DNA of 64,000 nt from an uncultured bacterium (GTDB lineage Bacteria > Myxococcota_A > CAZTSL01): contig CAZTSL010000002.1 in the NCBI GenBank assembly GCA_964616915.1, forward strand, positions 12,090 through 76,089, read 5' to 3'. The stretch's first letter is position 1, and every line of letters begins with the position of its first letter. Below are positions 46,964 to 57,252 of this stretch, one piece after another. The position numbers and the translations under genes were made by a program. The notes under the pieces were generated by a model. That model was given only the letters and a program-made list of their open reading frames with translations, was not told the DNA's origin and did not search any database.

Positions 46964-49450
46964 ATGGAGCACCTCTTCATGATTCCGAACCCCACCCTCC
47001 TGATCGCCGGAGGAACGATCGGTAGAGACGTCACCGAGGTGATCGAAGCAGAGATCGAACGCCTCGCCCACTTCGGCCTGATCGAAGGACGTGAACGCTT
47101 CGACACCTTCCTCCCCGAACCGAATGGAGCGATCACCGAGGGTCTGCGCCAGCGCCTCGATCTGAACCTGAGACGCTGGGATGTACAGTTCCGAGAGCGT
47201 CCCAGCGACCGCCAACAGATCGATCTCTTCTTCGTGGCCGACCTGGCCGACCCGGAGATCACCCGGGCCTGGATGACGGCGGTGATCGAGGGGATCGAGG
47301 GATTTCTCGAGAGCATCCCCCGCCTGATCGAGGGGGGGTGCGACGTCCTCCTCCTTCCGATCCTCGTGCTCCCCCTTCTCCGCAAGCGTGGGGACCTCGA
47401 AGCCGCCGTTCCCCTCCTTTCGTTCCGCGACCGGCGCAGGGGCTGCGCCCCCATCTTCCTCATCGAGAACCAGAGCGCGAAGTTCACGATGCGTCCCGAG
47501 GAACAGGCGGATCTCGTGGCGACCTTCATCCGTCTCCTCGTCTTCGGAAACCTCCGGTATCACGAAGGGTTGCGGCGGATCTTCGAGCATCGTAGCGGGG
47601 ATCCCTTCGGGACGTTCATGATCGAGAGCGCCGAGCTTCCCACGGTCGAGGCCTTCGCCTACTGTGCGGACCGGTATGCCTGCGAGATCCTCGCCCGCGT
47701 CTCTCCGGTCAAGACCGCGGAGGGGGGAGATCTGTCGGTAACCGCGCCCTCGGGCCTCTCCCGCCCCGACCCCGCCACCCTCCACGAGGCCCTCGTGCGG
47801 CAACGGGAATGGGGGTCGCTCGAGGCACATCTGCGGGATTTCTGCGCAAGACTCCTCCCCGAGTTCCGCTTCCGCCCCGTAGGCCTCCTCGAGCCTCGGG
47901 AACGCGTCGCCGCCTTCTATACCCCCCACTGGCACGAAGCCAACCTCGAACGCCTCGACACCGCGCTCGATCGGAGCGAATACCTCCTGATCGACGAGAG
48001 CATCGCGGTCGTCGAAAAACGGGGCATCGCCACCCTCCTCGATGCGGTTCGCGATCTCGCCGCAACGATCGACCGGCGAATCGGCGTGCGAGAGGAGGGC
48101 GCAGGCGCACGGAAGCCGAAAGAGGCGCCGGAACCGGATGAAGGGGTCCATCGCTGCCGCAAACGGGTCGAACGCTTCGCCAGGGAGATCGCCGCGGAGA
48201 AGGGTTCGGCGCATCGCCGTCTCGAGCGCTTCCCCCCCCGCCCCCGCTGGGAGGCCTACCGGCAGGGCTACGAGGAACTCTGCGATGCGATCGCGGCCAA
48301 ACCCCGTTTCTCCACCCTCTGCTTCTTCGGCCTCCCCCTGGCGTTCCTGACGACCCTCTTCTCCGCTCCCCTCCTGGCGCCCCTCTTCGAGCGTTTCTCC
48401 GCTGCACTCGGGATTGAGCGTTCCTTCCTCTCCCATACGGCGGCTGCGCTCCTCACCCTTCTCCTCCTTGGCTATCTCGGGCATCTCGTCCTCGAATGGG
48501 GATGCGCCCCCCTCTACGACCTGATCGGTGATGGTTCTTCGCTGACCCAGAGGAAGGCTCCCGGCCGTCTCGGCACGATCCTCCAGAGGAGTGTCCTCTC
48601 GAAGGGGGGGGGACTCCTGGGCCATATCTGGCACCGCGTCTCCTTTGCCCGGGACCTCTGGATCATCCGGATCGAGGGGGCGCTCGAACGGCGGGTGCTG
48701 CGGGAGCGGGACGCCCTCGAACACCTGGAGCGCAGCGCGATCCGCCAGGGAGAGGGAATGCGCCGCAGGCTCGAGGAACGCGGCGCGCGCCATCTCGAGG
48801 GAGGCGCCTTCGATCCCACCGGTATCCGGCTTCCCGAAACGACGCTCCGGAGGTTCCTCTGTCCCCCCCGCTTCTTTCCCCGTCTCTACGAGGGGGACGA
48901 TCCTCCGGACCCGATCGAGGGGGAACGCGAGTTCCGGCGGGAATTCTTCTCCCCGCAATGGCGCCATTTCCCCCCCTATGCCGATCCCGGTCTCCTCGAT
49001 GCGTTCGCCCGGCGTCCCTTCCGTTCCGTCGTGACCGGTGAACGTTTCTCCCTCGACCCAGAGATCAAGCGCCATGTCGCTGCGGCGTTCGAGACCTTCT
49101 GTAACGAGACGCAGCGTCTCTCCCTCCCCCTCGAAATCGTCGAACACCGCGACCCGGATGGTTTCCGGGGGATCGAGGTCACGCTCATCCCCCCCGCCTT
49201 CTCTTCATTCTCGGAGCGCGGAACGGCGCGGGAGGAAATTTCGATCGAGGAGCCGAATCGTACCTATCGACTCACCGTCGTCTATGACATCGATGAGGCG
49301 GCATTGCCGGTCGAAGGGGGAGGAGAGACCGCTTCCCTTCCAGGAGGCGCGAGGAGGGATGCCGCGGAGGGTCGATCCGCAGGGGAAGGGGGAGAGATCC
49401 CCCCGGCCAAGGGGGGAGGGCCGATTCCTCTCCGGAGGAAGGAATCGTGA
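46964..49450 (+). CDS. Large uncharacterised protein (828 aa) with two central TM helices; N-terminus possibly a degenerate second tubulin/FtsZ-like fold
   Basis: MIPNPTLLIAGGTIGRDV (GxGGxG-like) ... GGCDVLLLPILVLPL. TM segments FSTLCFFGLPLAFLTTLFSAPLLAPLF and AALLTLLLLGYLGHLVL. 38-nt gap after the tubulin-like gene. Confidence 0.5.
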   Translation: MEHLFMIPNPTLLIAGGTIGRDVTEVIEAEIERLAHFGLIEGRERFDTFLPEPNGAITEGLRQRLDLNLRRWDVQFRERPSDRQQIDLFFVADLADPEITRAWMTAVIEGIEGFLESIPRLIEGGCDVLLLPILVLPLLRKRGDLEAAVPLLSFRDRRRGCAPIFLIENQSAKFTMRPEEQADLVATFIRLLVFGNLRYHEGLRRIFEHRSGDPFGTFMIESAELPTVEAFAYCADRYACEILARVSPVKTAEGGDLSVTAPSGLSRPDPATLHEALVRQREWGSLEAHLRDFCARLLPEFRFRPVGLLEPRERVAAFYTPHWHEANLERLDTALDRSEYLLIDESIAVVEKRGIATLLDAVRDLAATIDRRIGVREEGAGARKPKEAPEPDEGVHRCRKRVERFAREIAAEKGSAHRRLERFPPRPRWEAYRQGYEELCDAIAAKPRFSTLCFFGLPLAFLTTLFSAPLLAPLFERFSAALGIERSFLSHTAAALLTLLLLGYLGHLVLEWGCAPLYDLIGDGSSLTQRKAPGRLGTILQRSVLSKGGGLLGHIWHRVSFARDLWIIRIEGALERRVLRERDALEHLERSAIRQGEGMRRRLEERGARHLEGGAFDPTGIRLPETTLRRFLCPPRFFPRLYEGDDPPDPIEGEREFRREFFSPQWRHFPPYADPGLLDAFARRPFRSVVTGERFSLDPEIKRHVAAAFETFCNETQRLSLPLEIVEHRDPDGFRGIEVTLIPPAFSSFSERGTAREEISIEEPNRTYRLTVVYDIDEAALPVEGGGETASLPGGARRDAAEGRSAGEGGEIPPAKGGGPIPLRRKES

Positions 49451-52290
49451 AGGAACTCCTCGAAACCTTCCTGGCCTGGTTCGTCGCTTTGACGATGAGC
49501 GGCACGTTCGGTTTCGTGCTCGCCTTCGGCGGCGGGCTGCTGGGCGCCCTGCTCCTCGTCGGCCTGGTCTGGCTCCCCTCCCGCGGGCGCACGCGCCCGG
49601 CCGGCGGGATCGCCTGGGCGCTGGGCACCGTCTCTTTCCTCGGGATCTTCCTCCTCGGCCTCCTCGTCGATCTCCTCCTGGGGGGGGAACTCGAAATCCG
49701 GACGATCGGGCGCCTCCCCGTGCTCGCGAAACTCGTTCCCCTGGCCCACGTTCCCCGGGTTGCCCTCCCCCTCTACCAGGCCCTCTTCCTCCTCGTCGAT
49801 CTCCTCATCGTCTGGGGGGTGTGGCGGATCGTCTGCGCGGCCGATCACCGGGGGGCCTTCGCCGGTCACCCCTCGATCGGGCTCACCGGTCGTCTCGATC
49901 CGTGGCGGATCGATCCCTCCTTCCGGCGGTGGTTCCGCTTCGTGGCGTGGGGGTGGAGTCTCGTGGTCGTGATCGCCTTCGTGGGGATCGTGCGCAAGAG
50001 TTTCCCCCTCTCCCCAGCCTCCTGGGTGGCGGGGGAGATCTTCGCCCTGGGGGCCCTGGCCACCCTCTACGCCCGGGGGAAGGCCCCGGTCGAGGCCGAG
50101 GCCGAGGAACCGGAGGAGGATACGGAGCAAGCTCCGGCCGTCCCCTCCCCCCTCGACAAGCTCGAGCGCCTCCTCGACGAGGCGGGCTACGAGATCCGGG
50201 AGCCCCGACGCGAACTCGATCCCCAACGGGGTGTCGAGGGGCGGGTTCCCTTCACCTCCCCCCTCCTCCAGGAGTTCTCCCCTCTCCTCTTCGGCGGTCC
50301 TCCCTGGCAGCACCAGGAGGCCGGGGTCGCGCGCCTCGCCGGGATGCTCGCCGAAATGCACGACACCCCCCAACGGGAAGCGGCGCTGCTCCTGCAGGGG
50401 GCCTACGGGAGCGGACGCAGCACCCTCCTCTTCGCCCTGGCGCTCACCGTGGCCCTGGAGGTGAACCGGAACGTCCTCTTCATCGAGCCGGATCGGACGC
50501 GGGCAGCGGGACGATTCAAGCGCTTCGACACGGTCGTCCGGCGTTCGAGCCTCCGATGGAGCCTCCCCCGCTCGCTCGATTCAGCGCTCGAAGAGGCTGG
50601 CGCCGGCAAAGGGGTCGATCTCTTCGCCGAGGGGCGCATGCCCCTTCTGCGTCTCACGACCCCTCGGGAACTCGAACACGATCTTTCCGAGGCAACACGG
50701 GGGGACCCACAGCAGACCGCCCGGCTACGCCGCGCCTTCCACGAGGCCCTCTCCCTCGTCGTCGTCGATGACGTGGATGGCTATGCCCCGGAAGCGTTGG
50801 CGGAACTCGGGCTCCTCCTCCACCGCCTGCGGCTTCGCGTTCGGCAGGAACAAGCGCGGCAGATGTCACTCGTGGTCGCGCTTTCGGCCAGGGCCGGTTT
50901 CGGGGTGGATGCGGTCCGGATCTTGACGGGGATGGAGCGGATCGAGATGCTCCCCTGCACCGCTGCGCCGCAGTGCAAGCGGCGGATTCGATTCCTCTTC
51001 CCCACCCGTCCCGATCCGCACCCCCTCTCCCGACTTCCCTTCCACGAGGCGGGGATCCGGACCTATGCGACCTGGGATCTCGACGCGCCCGCCCCCTTCT
51101 CCTTTCCGGAGCGTCACCCCCCCGTGGGTACCCTCTTCGAATCCCCCCCTTCGCTGCAGCCTCCCCCCCCGGTCTCGGAGGGGAGTGCTGCGGGGGCCTG
51201 TGATCCCCTCCGCGCAGAGGTCACCTTTCTGACGGGCGGTTTTCCCCTCTTCGATGTCGTGGAAGGGGAGAGCCGGCACTTCGGGAGCGTATCGGGGAAG
51301 AAGATGCACGGGGTCTTCCACCTCGTCTCCCCCGATCCCCTCTCCGAGGCGCTCCTCGATATCGATATCCCACGGGTGGCGCGGACCTTCCGCCCCTTCC
51401 CCTTCGACGAGGCGCGGGTCACGAAACACCTTCGCCGCTGCGAGCCCGCCGCGGCTTCCACCCTCCGGGAGATCTTTGGGGAGGCGCGCGTCGCGGCGTT
51501 CCTCGAGCGCTTCCCCGCCGCAAAGGTTCGGGAATTCTGGGATCTTCGGGAGGATCGTCTCGTGCGGGACACCTGGATCGATCCAACCCTCCTCCCGCCC
51601 GAAAGGGGGGGAGAAGGGGAACCTTGGACGCGCGGCCTCGAGGGCGTGATCGCGCATCCCCCCGAGGGGATCGCCCCCCTCCTCGTGCCGGGGCGGATCG
51701 TCGGCAAAGGGCGGGAGGCCTTCCTCCTCGAGGAGGCGGGACGGCTCACCCCGCACCCGACCCCCACCTTCACCCGGCCGATACGCAGCGTCTCCCTCCA
51801 CGACGCGGAGGTCCTCTGGCGAAAGACCCTCACGCTCCGCCTCGAGGAAGAGGAGGTGACGCTCACCGCGGCGGAGGTGGTGGGGGAGATCGAAGAGCAG
51901 ATCTTCGGGATGCGCCGTCACAGCGCGGATGGCGTACGTCTGGGGGAAGAGCGCTTCGAGTCGCCGATCCCCTTCCGCAGACGGGGACATGCCCTCCAGC
52001 TCGAAATGCCGGTCAAGGGGGTTCGCTCGGCCACGGCCTTCTCGCTTGCGCTTTCCCTCCTCTCCCCCCTCTCCGAAGATCTTCTCGATGCCGCCTTCAT
52101 CCCGGGGGGGGTCCTCCTCTTTGGCCGGGTTTCCCTCGACCTCCTGGCCCCCTGGCGGAGCACCGAGGCCCTCCGGGAACTCGTCGCCCTTTCACGCTGG
52201 TTGACCGAACGGGCGGTCAGGGCACTCGACGATTTCGCCAAGGACCTTCCCCACTCCCCAGACGAAGCCCGGGACCGGTCTCAGGAATAG
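49447..52290 (+). CDS. Membrane-anchored protein (4 N-terminal TM) with atypical P-loop NTPase-like domain (947 aa)
   Basis: GTG start overlapping the upstream stop (translational coupling). Four hydrophobic helices. Walker-A-like [18 protein letters not shown] (Arg in place of Lys). Walker-B-like [11 protein letters not shown]. Confidence 0.55.
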   Translation: MKELLETFLAWFVALTMSGTFGFVLAFGGGLLGALLLVGLVWLPSRGRTRPAGGIAWALGTVSFLGIFLLGLLVDLLLGGELEIRTIGRLPVLAKLVPLAHVPRVALPLYQALFLLVDLLIVWGVWRIVCAADHRGAFAGHPSIGLTGRLDPWRIDPSFRRWFRFVAWGWSLVVVIAFVGIVRKSFPLSPASWVAGEIFALGALATLYARGKAPVEAEAEEPEEDTEQAPAVPSPLDKLERLLDEAGYEIREPRRELDPQRGVEGRVPFTSPLLQEFSPLLFGGPPWQHQEAGVARLAGMLAEMHDTPQREAALLLQGAYGSGRSTLLFALALTVALEVNRNVLFIEPDRTRAAGRFKRFDTVVRRSSLRWSLPRSLDSALEEAGAGKGVDLFAEGRMPLLRLTTPRELEHDLSEATRGDPQQTARLRRAFHEALSLVVVDDVDGYAPEALAELGLLLHRLRLRVRQEQARQMSLVVALSARAGFGVDAVRILTGMERIEMLPCTAAPQCKRRIRFLFPTRPDPHPLSRLPFHEAGIRTYATWDLDAPAPFSFPERHPPVGTLFESPPSLQPPPPVSEGSAAGACDPLRAEVTFLTGGFPLFDVVEGESRHFGSVSGKKMHGVFHLVSPDPLSEALLDIDIPRVARTFRPFPFDEARVTKHLRRCEPAAASTLREIFGEARVAAFLERFPAAKVREFWDLREDRLVRDTWIDPTLLPPERGGEGEPWTRGLEGVIAHPPEGIAPLLVPGRIVGKGREAFLLEEAGRLTPHPTPTFTRPIRSVSLHDAEVLWRKTLTLRLEEEEVTLTAAEVVGEIEEQIFGMRRHSADGVRLGEERFESPIPFRRRGHALQLEMPVKGVRSATAFSLALSLLSPLSEDLLDAAFIPGGVLLFGRVSLDLLAPWRSTEALRELVALSRWLTERAVRALDDFAKDLPHSPDEARDRSQE

Positions 52291-53087
52291 CTGTGTTCCT
52301 CCCCCGGGAAGGCCCCCTCCTTGACCTCTTCCACGTAGTGCCGGACCGCCTTGGTGATCACCTCACTCAGGTTCGCGTAGCGCTTGACGAATTTCGGGGT
52401 GAAGCCATCGAACATGCCGACGAGATCGTGGAAGACGAGCACCTGGCCGTCGCAGTGGAGCCCGGCACCGATCCCGATCGTGGGGATCGAGAGGCTCTCG
52501 GTGATCTCCCGGGCAAGGTCGCCAGGCATCCCCTCGAGGACGACGGAGAAGGCGCCGGCTTCCTCCACGGCCCTGGCATCCTCGAGGAGGCGTTGCCGGG
52601 CCCCGTTGCTCCGTCCCTGCACCCGGAACCCACCGAAGCGGTGGATCGATTGGGGGGTGAGCCCGATGTGCCCCATCACCGGCACATCCATGTCGGTGAT
52701 CGCGGCGATCGTGGAGGCCACGTTCCGCCCCCCCTCGAGCTTGACCGCCTGGGCTCCCGATTCCTTGATGAGGCGAAAGGCGCTGCGCTTCCCCTCCTCC
52801 ACGGAGTTCTGGTAGGAGCCAAAGGGCATGTCCGCCACCACGAAGGCCCGCGTCACACCGCGACAGACCGCCTTCGTGTGATAGATGATCTCATCGAGCG
52901 TGACGGGGAGGGTATTCTCCAGCCCCTGGATGACCATGCCGAGCGAATCGCCCACGAGAAGCATATCGACGCCACAGGCATCGAGAATCCGTGCCGTCGG
53001 GTAGTCGTATGCCGTAATCATCGAGATCTTCTCACCTTCTCGCTTCATCTTGCCGAAGTCGAGGATGGTTCTTCGTTTTTGCTGCAT
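52281..53087 (-). CDS. panB: 3-methyl-2-oxobutanoate hydroxymethyltransferase (ketopantoate hydroxymethyltransferase)
   Basis: [32 protein letters not shown]..., [24 protein letters not shown]. Start at internal Met 53087. Confidence 0.85.
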   Translation of the reverse strand: MQQKRRTILDFGKMKREGEKISMITAYDYPTARILDACGVDMLLVGDSLGMVIQGLENTLPVTLDEIIYHTKAVCRGVTRAFVVADMPFGSYQNSVEEGKRSAFRLIKESGAQAVKLEGGRNVASTIAAITDMDVPVMGHIGLTPQSIHRFGGFRVQGRSNGARQRLLEDARAVEEAGAFSVVLEGMPGDLAREITESLSIPTIGIGAGLHCDGQVLVFHDLVGMFDGFTPKFVKRYANLSEVITKAVRHYVEEVKEGAFPGEEHSYS

Positions 53088-53677
53088 CTGTCCTTCCTTC
53101 TCCCCTTGCCCCGCCGGCGCTGTGCGGAGACACCGGAAAGGGGCAGGGGGAATCCGGTCGTTACCGTTCACCCCTTCGGGATTCGCTTCCCGCAAACCGG
53201 GATCGCGATGACGAAGGTGTTCTCCTCCCCCCTTCCCCCCGTCCCACCCGGGACGACGGCCCTGAAACGCACCGGTGGGAGGAGATGCGCGCTTTCAACT
53301 GTGCGTTTCTCGACAAGGCATGATAACCCAAGGGGGAGGGAACGATCAAGTACCCGCAGGCGCTACCGGTCCAACCCCGTGCAGTCCATCTCCTTGCCCG
53401 GAGATCCGGGTATCCCCCGATCCCCGATCCGCCGTGATCGTTCATGGAGGCAACACCGACGGGGGGTAACAGCCGGGTACGGTTAACAGGGGCAACCCCG
53501 CTCGGGGAGGAAAGATCGAGGAATGCCGAGAGAAAGAAGAGGGAACGGAAGTTGCTTTTCCCTTGTCGAGAAAGGGGAATGCTCGGAGAAACGAAGCACC
53601 CCGAGCAGGGATGAACGGATCCTCGAGGGCCAAATCCCTCCCCTGACGCCACGATCACGAACTTCAGGAGGCATAGA

Positions 53678-53766
53678 TGAAGGATATCCTGACACTCCTG
53701 GCCATCTTCGGGGGGTGGCTCTTCCTCCAACTCTGGCTCTTCCCCCGCCTCGGGGTTCCGACCTGA
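53678..53766 (+). CDS. Small hydrophobic peptide (29 aa) with strong RBS; below the ORF-track size cut-off
   Basis: caggaggcatagATG; MKDILTLLAIFGGWLFLQLWLFPRLGVPT*. Confidence 0.35.
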
Positions 53767-53870
53767 GCGGTCCCCCACCCCCGCCGGTCGGCGGAATCGA
53801 CACCCGGAAACGATCGAACCCACGACGAGAGCGTCTGCGGCTCCCCCGCAGGCAGCAAGGAGGAGACACG

Positions 53871-54260
53871 ATGAAGAACTATGGCATCCGAAAGACCGTC
53901 CAGATGAGCTACGAGGAAGCCCTCGCCAAGGTTCCCGAAGCGCTCCAGAAGCAGGGATTCGGCATCCTGACCGAAATCGATGTGAAGGAGACGTTGAAGA
54001 AGAAACTCGACGTCGATTTCCGGAAATACAAGATCCTCGGCGCCTGCAATCCCCCCCTTGCGCACAAGGCGCTCTCCACGAACCTCGAGATCGGCCTCCT
54101 GCTCCCCTGCAACGTGATCGTCTACGAGGGGGACGGAGGGGAAACGGTCGTCTCCGCCATCGATCCGATCGAGATGATCGCCGGAGAGGGGGACCCCACC
54201 CTCGAGGAGGTGGCCCGCACGGCACGCGAGAAGCTCATGGCCGCACTCGAAATCCTCTGA
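53871..54260 (+). CDS. DUF302-family protein
   Basis: RBS aaggaggagacacgATG; MKNYGIRKTVQMSYEEALAKVPEALQKQGFGILTEIDV..., about 129 aa. Confidence 0.65.
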   Translation: MKNYGIRKTVQMSYEEALAKVPEALQKQGFGILTEIDVKETLKKKLDVDFRKYKILGACNPPLAHKALSTNLEIGLLLPCNVIVYEGDGGETVVSAIDPIEMIAGEGDPTLEEVARTAREKLMAALEIL

Positions 54261-54670
54261 ACGCCCCTCCCTCCCCCTCCGCCCCCTGTTCGAAATCCCG
54301 CAGTTCGTGCTTCAAATGGAGCATGTTCCCGATGTCGCAATCCCGGTATCGGCGACTTCCCCCCCTCCTCGGCCCTCCTTTCGAGGTTCTCCTCCCCCTT
54401 TCTCGGGAGGAACCGACCAACCGGAAAGATCCTGTCCCTTCTGGTATGGCTGTTGCAGAGTTGCGTCGTGCATGAATCTGAATCCGATACCGGCGGGGAG
54501 CGATCGTGGCGGAATTCCCGGGGACATCGAGGGGGGCGGTTCCAGCCGATCGGCAAGTCGAAGCGTCGATCGGTAGGGGGCCACGCCCCCATGAGGCTCG
54601 ACCGGGAAAGTGGAGGAGATCCCTCCGATCGTGCCTCGTCCGGAACGAAAGGGAACGAGGAGCGTCAGGG

Positions 54671-55138
54671 ATGCAGGAACGGAAAGACAAATGGAGCGTG
54701 GGGGCGTGGATGACGCCGAATCCTTTCTCGATCTCTCCGGACGACTCGGTGCGTTCCGCCTTCTTCCGGATGCGCAGGGAGGGAGTGCGTCATCTCATCG
54801 TGGAGGAGGAGGGAAAACTCGTCGGCATCGTGACCGACCGCGATCTTCGGCGGCCCGACATCACCGAGGAACCAGATGGCTGGGACGACTACTACCGCCT
54901 CGACGAGGACTACGAGGTGCGCTACGTGATGACGACCGCGGTCAAGACGCTTCGGCCGGGCGATCCGCTCGAGAAGGCGCTCAAGCTCTTCCTTGCGCAC
55001 AAGTTCGGCGCCATCCCGGTCATCGACAAGAAGGGGAGCGTGATCGGCATCCTCTCCACGCACGACGCGCTTGCAGCGTTCGCGGAACTGCTCGCCACCG
55101 AAGGGGAGAGACTGCACAAGGGGACGAAGAAGCCCTGA
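54671..55138 (+). CDS. CBS-domain pair protein
   Basis: Start MQERKDKWSVGAWMTPNPFSISPDDSV. Two CBS motifs (HLIVEEEGKLVGIVTDRDL; GAIPVIDKKGSVIGILSTHD). Confidence 0.7.
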   Translation: MQERKDKWSVGAWMTPNPFSISPDDSVRSAFFRMRREGVRHLIVEEEGKLVGIVTDRDLRRPDITEEPDGWDDYYRLDEDYEVRYVMTTAVKTLRPGDPLEKALKLFLAHKFGAIPVIDKKGSVIGILSTHDALAAFAELLATEGERLHKGTKKP

Positions 55139-55170
55139 GCCGAAGTTCCCCCTCCCCTCACGATCCCACC

Positions 55171-55281
55171 GGTGTCAGGCCGCGGGCTTCCGTTTCGCAG
55201 GGGGCAGGGGAGCGTTCCGCGTTCATCCGATCGATGCCGGCCAGGTGTCAGGCCGCGGGCTTCCGTTTCGTAGGGGGCAGG
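55171..55281. repeat. 38-bp direct repeat (two copies, about 35 bp apart) duplicating the 3' coding end of the FHA-histidine-kinase gene into the intergenic region
   Basis: ggtgtcaggccgcgggcttccgtttcg(c/t)agggggcagg at 55171-55208 and 55244-55281. Copy 2 encodes the C-terminal ...LPLLPPTKRKPAA of the kinase. Confidence 0.7.
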
Positions 55282-56933
55282 AGCGGCAGGAAGAGGGTGA
55301 AGGTCGATCCCTTGCCCGGACGGGAGCGAACTTCGATCGAGCCCTTGTGCTCCTTGACGATCTTCTGCGTCACGGGAAGCCCAAGGCCCGTTCCGCGTGA
55401 GCCCTTCGTGCTCATGAACATGTTGAAGATCCGGGGGAGATCGGAGGCGGGGATCCCCACGCCGTTGTCCTCCACACAGACCCGTACCCCCTGCCGCTGC
55501 GGATCGTGACAGGTGGTGACCCGCACGCATGCCTCGGGACGCTCCTCCACCGCATCGAGGGCGTTCGTCACGAGGTTGAGGATCGCGCGGTGGATCCCCA
55601 CCCTGTCGATCTCGATGGCGGGAAGGTGGGGATCGAGTTCCTGGACGAGTGCGATCTTCGACTCGGCGGCGCGGTCACGGAGCAGCTCGACGACGGAGGA
55701 GACGATCTCGTTGAGATCGGCCGACACGTATTCCGGCTCCCGTTCCTTGGCGTAGTCGAGCATGTTCATGACCATGTCGGAGATCTTCCCCAGGCTCCGC
55801 TGGAGTACCTGCCAGCCGACCTCGACGTCCTCCATCTTGCCACTCTCGATCCCGAGTCTGATGAGGGAGGATCCCCCGTTGATGCCGTTCAGAATGTTCT
55901 TGACGTAGTGGGCGAGTCCCGCAACGGTCTGTCCGATGCCGGCCAGGCGCTCGTTGCGGAGGTTCTCCGCCATCAAGGCCACGTTCTCCACGGCAACCCC
56001 CGCCTCGAAGCCGATGATCGTCAGGAGCTGGAGATCTTCCTTCGTGTAGCGGGAATAGCCGTAATCGTCGAGATGGATGATGCCGAGGATCTTCGTGCGG
56101 CTGCGCAACGGGACGCACATCGCCGAGCGGATCTGGTAGTTGAGGACGCTCTTGCCCTCCTGGAAGCGCTGGTCGTGCATCGCATCGTTGGTGATCACCG
56201 ACTCCCCGCTCTCCAGGACGTGGTTGATGATCGTCTTGCTCAGCGTGATCGAGCGCTTCCCCTCCTTGCCTTCGCCCGGTTCGAGCACTTCCTCCTTTTT
56301 CCCCTGGCGCACGGCCTTGGGGATCAGTTCCCCCGTCTCCTCCTCGAGGAGCATGATGAAACCGCGGTCGGCCCCGATCACCTCGAAGATGAGATCGAGA
56401 ATCCGGTCGAAGAGGTCCTCGATGCTGAACTCCTGCATCAACCGGTTGATCTCGTAGATCGTCATCAGGTTCTTGTGCGCCTTCTGGAGCGTCTCGAGAT
56501 CCCCTTCGGGGAGGGTCCTGTCGAGAAGCGCCTTGGCTTCGAGGCTCGATACGGAGAGCTGGATGTCCGAATCGGGATCGCGGTCGTCGCTGACGACCCG
56601 GACATCGGGGTAGCGTTTCCCCCTGTCCGTGCCCCCCGGCTCCTCCCACTCCCGATGGAACTCGAGCTGAATGCCCCCCATCGTGATCCGGTCGCCGTGC
56701 TCGAGGCGTTTTTCCGAGATCTTCTCGCCGTTTACGTAGGTCCCGTTCGAGGAATTGAGGTCCTTGATGTAGCAGATGCCGTTCTTGCGGACGATGACCG
56801 CGTGATGCCGGGAGACTTTCTGCCCCTCGAGACAGAGCGTGTTGGAAGGATCCCGGCCCACCGTCGTCTTCGGCTGGTCGAGCGGAAAACCGAAGCCCTC
56901 CCGCGGACCATGGATGATCGTCAGAAAGTCCAA
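55248..56933 (-). CDS. FHA-GAF-histidine kinase (cytoplasmic sensor kinase); no adjacent response regulator
   Basis: FHA: TTVGRDPSNTLCLEGQKVSRHHAVI...NGTYVNG. GAF region. HisKA and HATPase boxes (LAHYVKNILNGI, NLVTNALDAV, DNGVGI, GTGLGLPV). Confidence 0.85.
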   Translation of the reverse strand: MDFLTIIHGPREGFGFPLDQPKTTVGRDPSNTLCLEGQKVSRHHAVIVRKNGICYIKDLNSSNGTYVNGEKISEKRLEHGDRITMGGIQLEFHREWEEPGGTDRGKRYPDVRVVSDDRDPDSDIQLSVSSLEAKALLDRTLPEGDLETLQKAHKNLMTIYEINRLMQEFSIEDLFDRILDLIFEVIGADRGFIMLLEEETGELIPKAVRQGKKEEVLEPGEGKEGKRSITLSKTIINHVLESGESVITNDAMHDQRFQEGKSVLNYQIRSAMCVPLRSRTKILGIIHLDDYGYSRYTKEDLQLLTIIGFEAGVAVENVALMAENLRNERLAGIGQTVAGLAHYVKNILNGINGGSSLIRLGIESGKMEDVEVGWQVLQRSLGKISDMVMNMLDYAKEREPEYVSADLNEIVSSVVELLRDRAAESKIALVQELDPHLPAIEIDRVGIHRAILNLVTNALDAVEERPEACVRVTTCHDPQRQGVRVCVEDNGVGIPASDLPRIFNMFMSTKGSRGTGLGLPVTQKIVKEHKGSIEVRSRPGKGSTFTLFLPLLPPTKRKPAA

Positions 56934-57252
56934 GAGATTCTCCTTCCCGCACCCGTTGTCCTATCCCCTTCTCCTATTCTACGGAGGGAATGCCGAAGAC
57001 GCAACCCTCCCCGCGAGGCGCCCCCCCCTTCCCGGAGAAGTGGCTTGAAATTCCCCGGCAGCGTGCTACGATGCCTCCGTGGCTTCTCGAAGTGCGGAAT
57101 CGGGGAGGATCGCCAGGAGCGGGACGATCGAGCGTGGCGCTCCCCCCGTGCGGGCATTCCCCCGATCGGTCCGGTGAAAACGGTTTTCTTGGGATCGACG
57201 AAAGAACGAGGAGGCACGACGCGACAACCCCGAAACGAAGGAGCTTCCAACG

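Noticed and set aside
44088-49147. Minus-strand ORFs 44088..46607 (839 aa) and 46787..49147 (786 aa)
   Set aside because: Antisense shadows of the tubulin-like and downstream genes. The + strand carries clear FtsZ/tubulin motifs and operon-like spacing.
52384-53195. Extended 304 aa version of panB and the + ORF 52384..52815
   Set aside because: panB is more plausibly started at the internal Met ([11 protein letters not shown]...), since the upstream extension is low-complexity. The + ORF is antisense.
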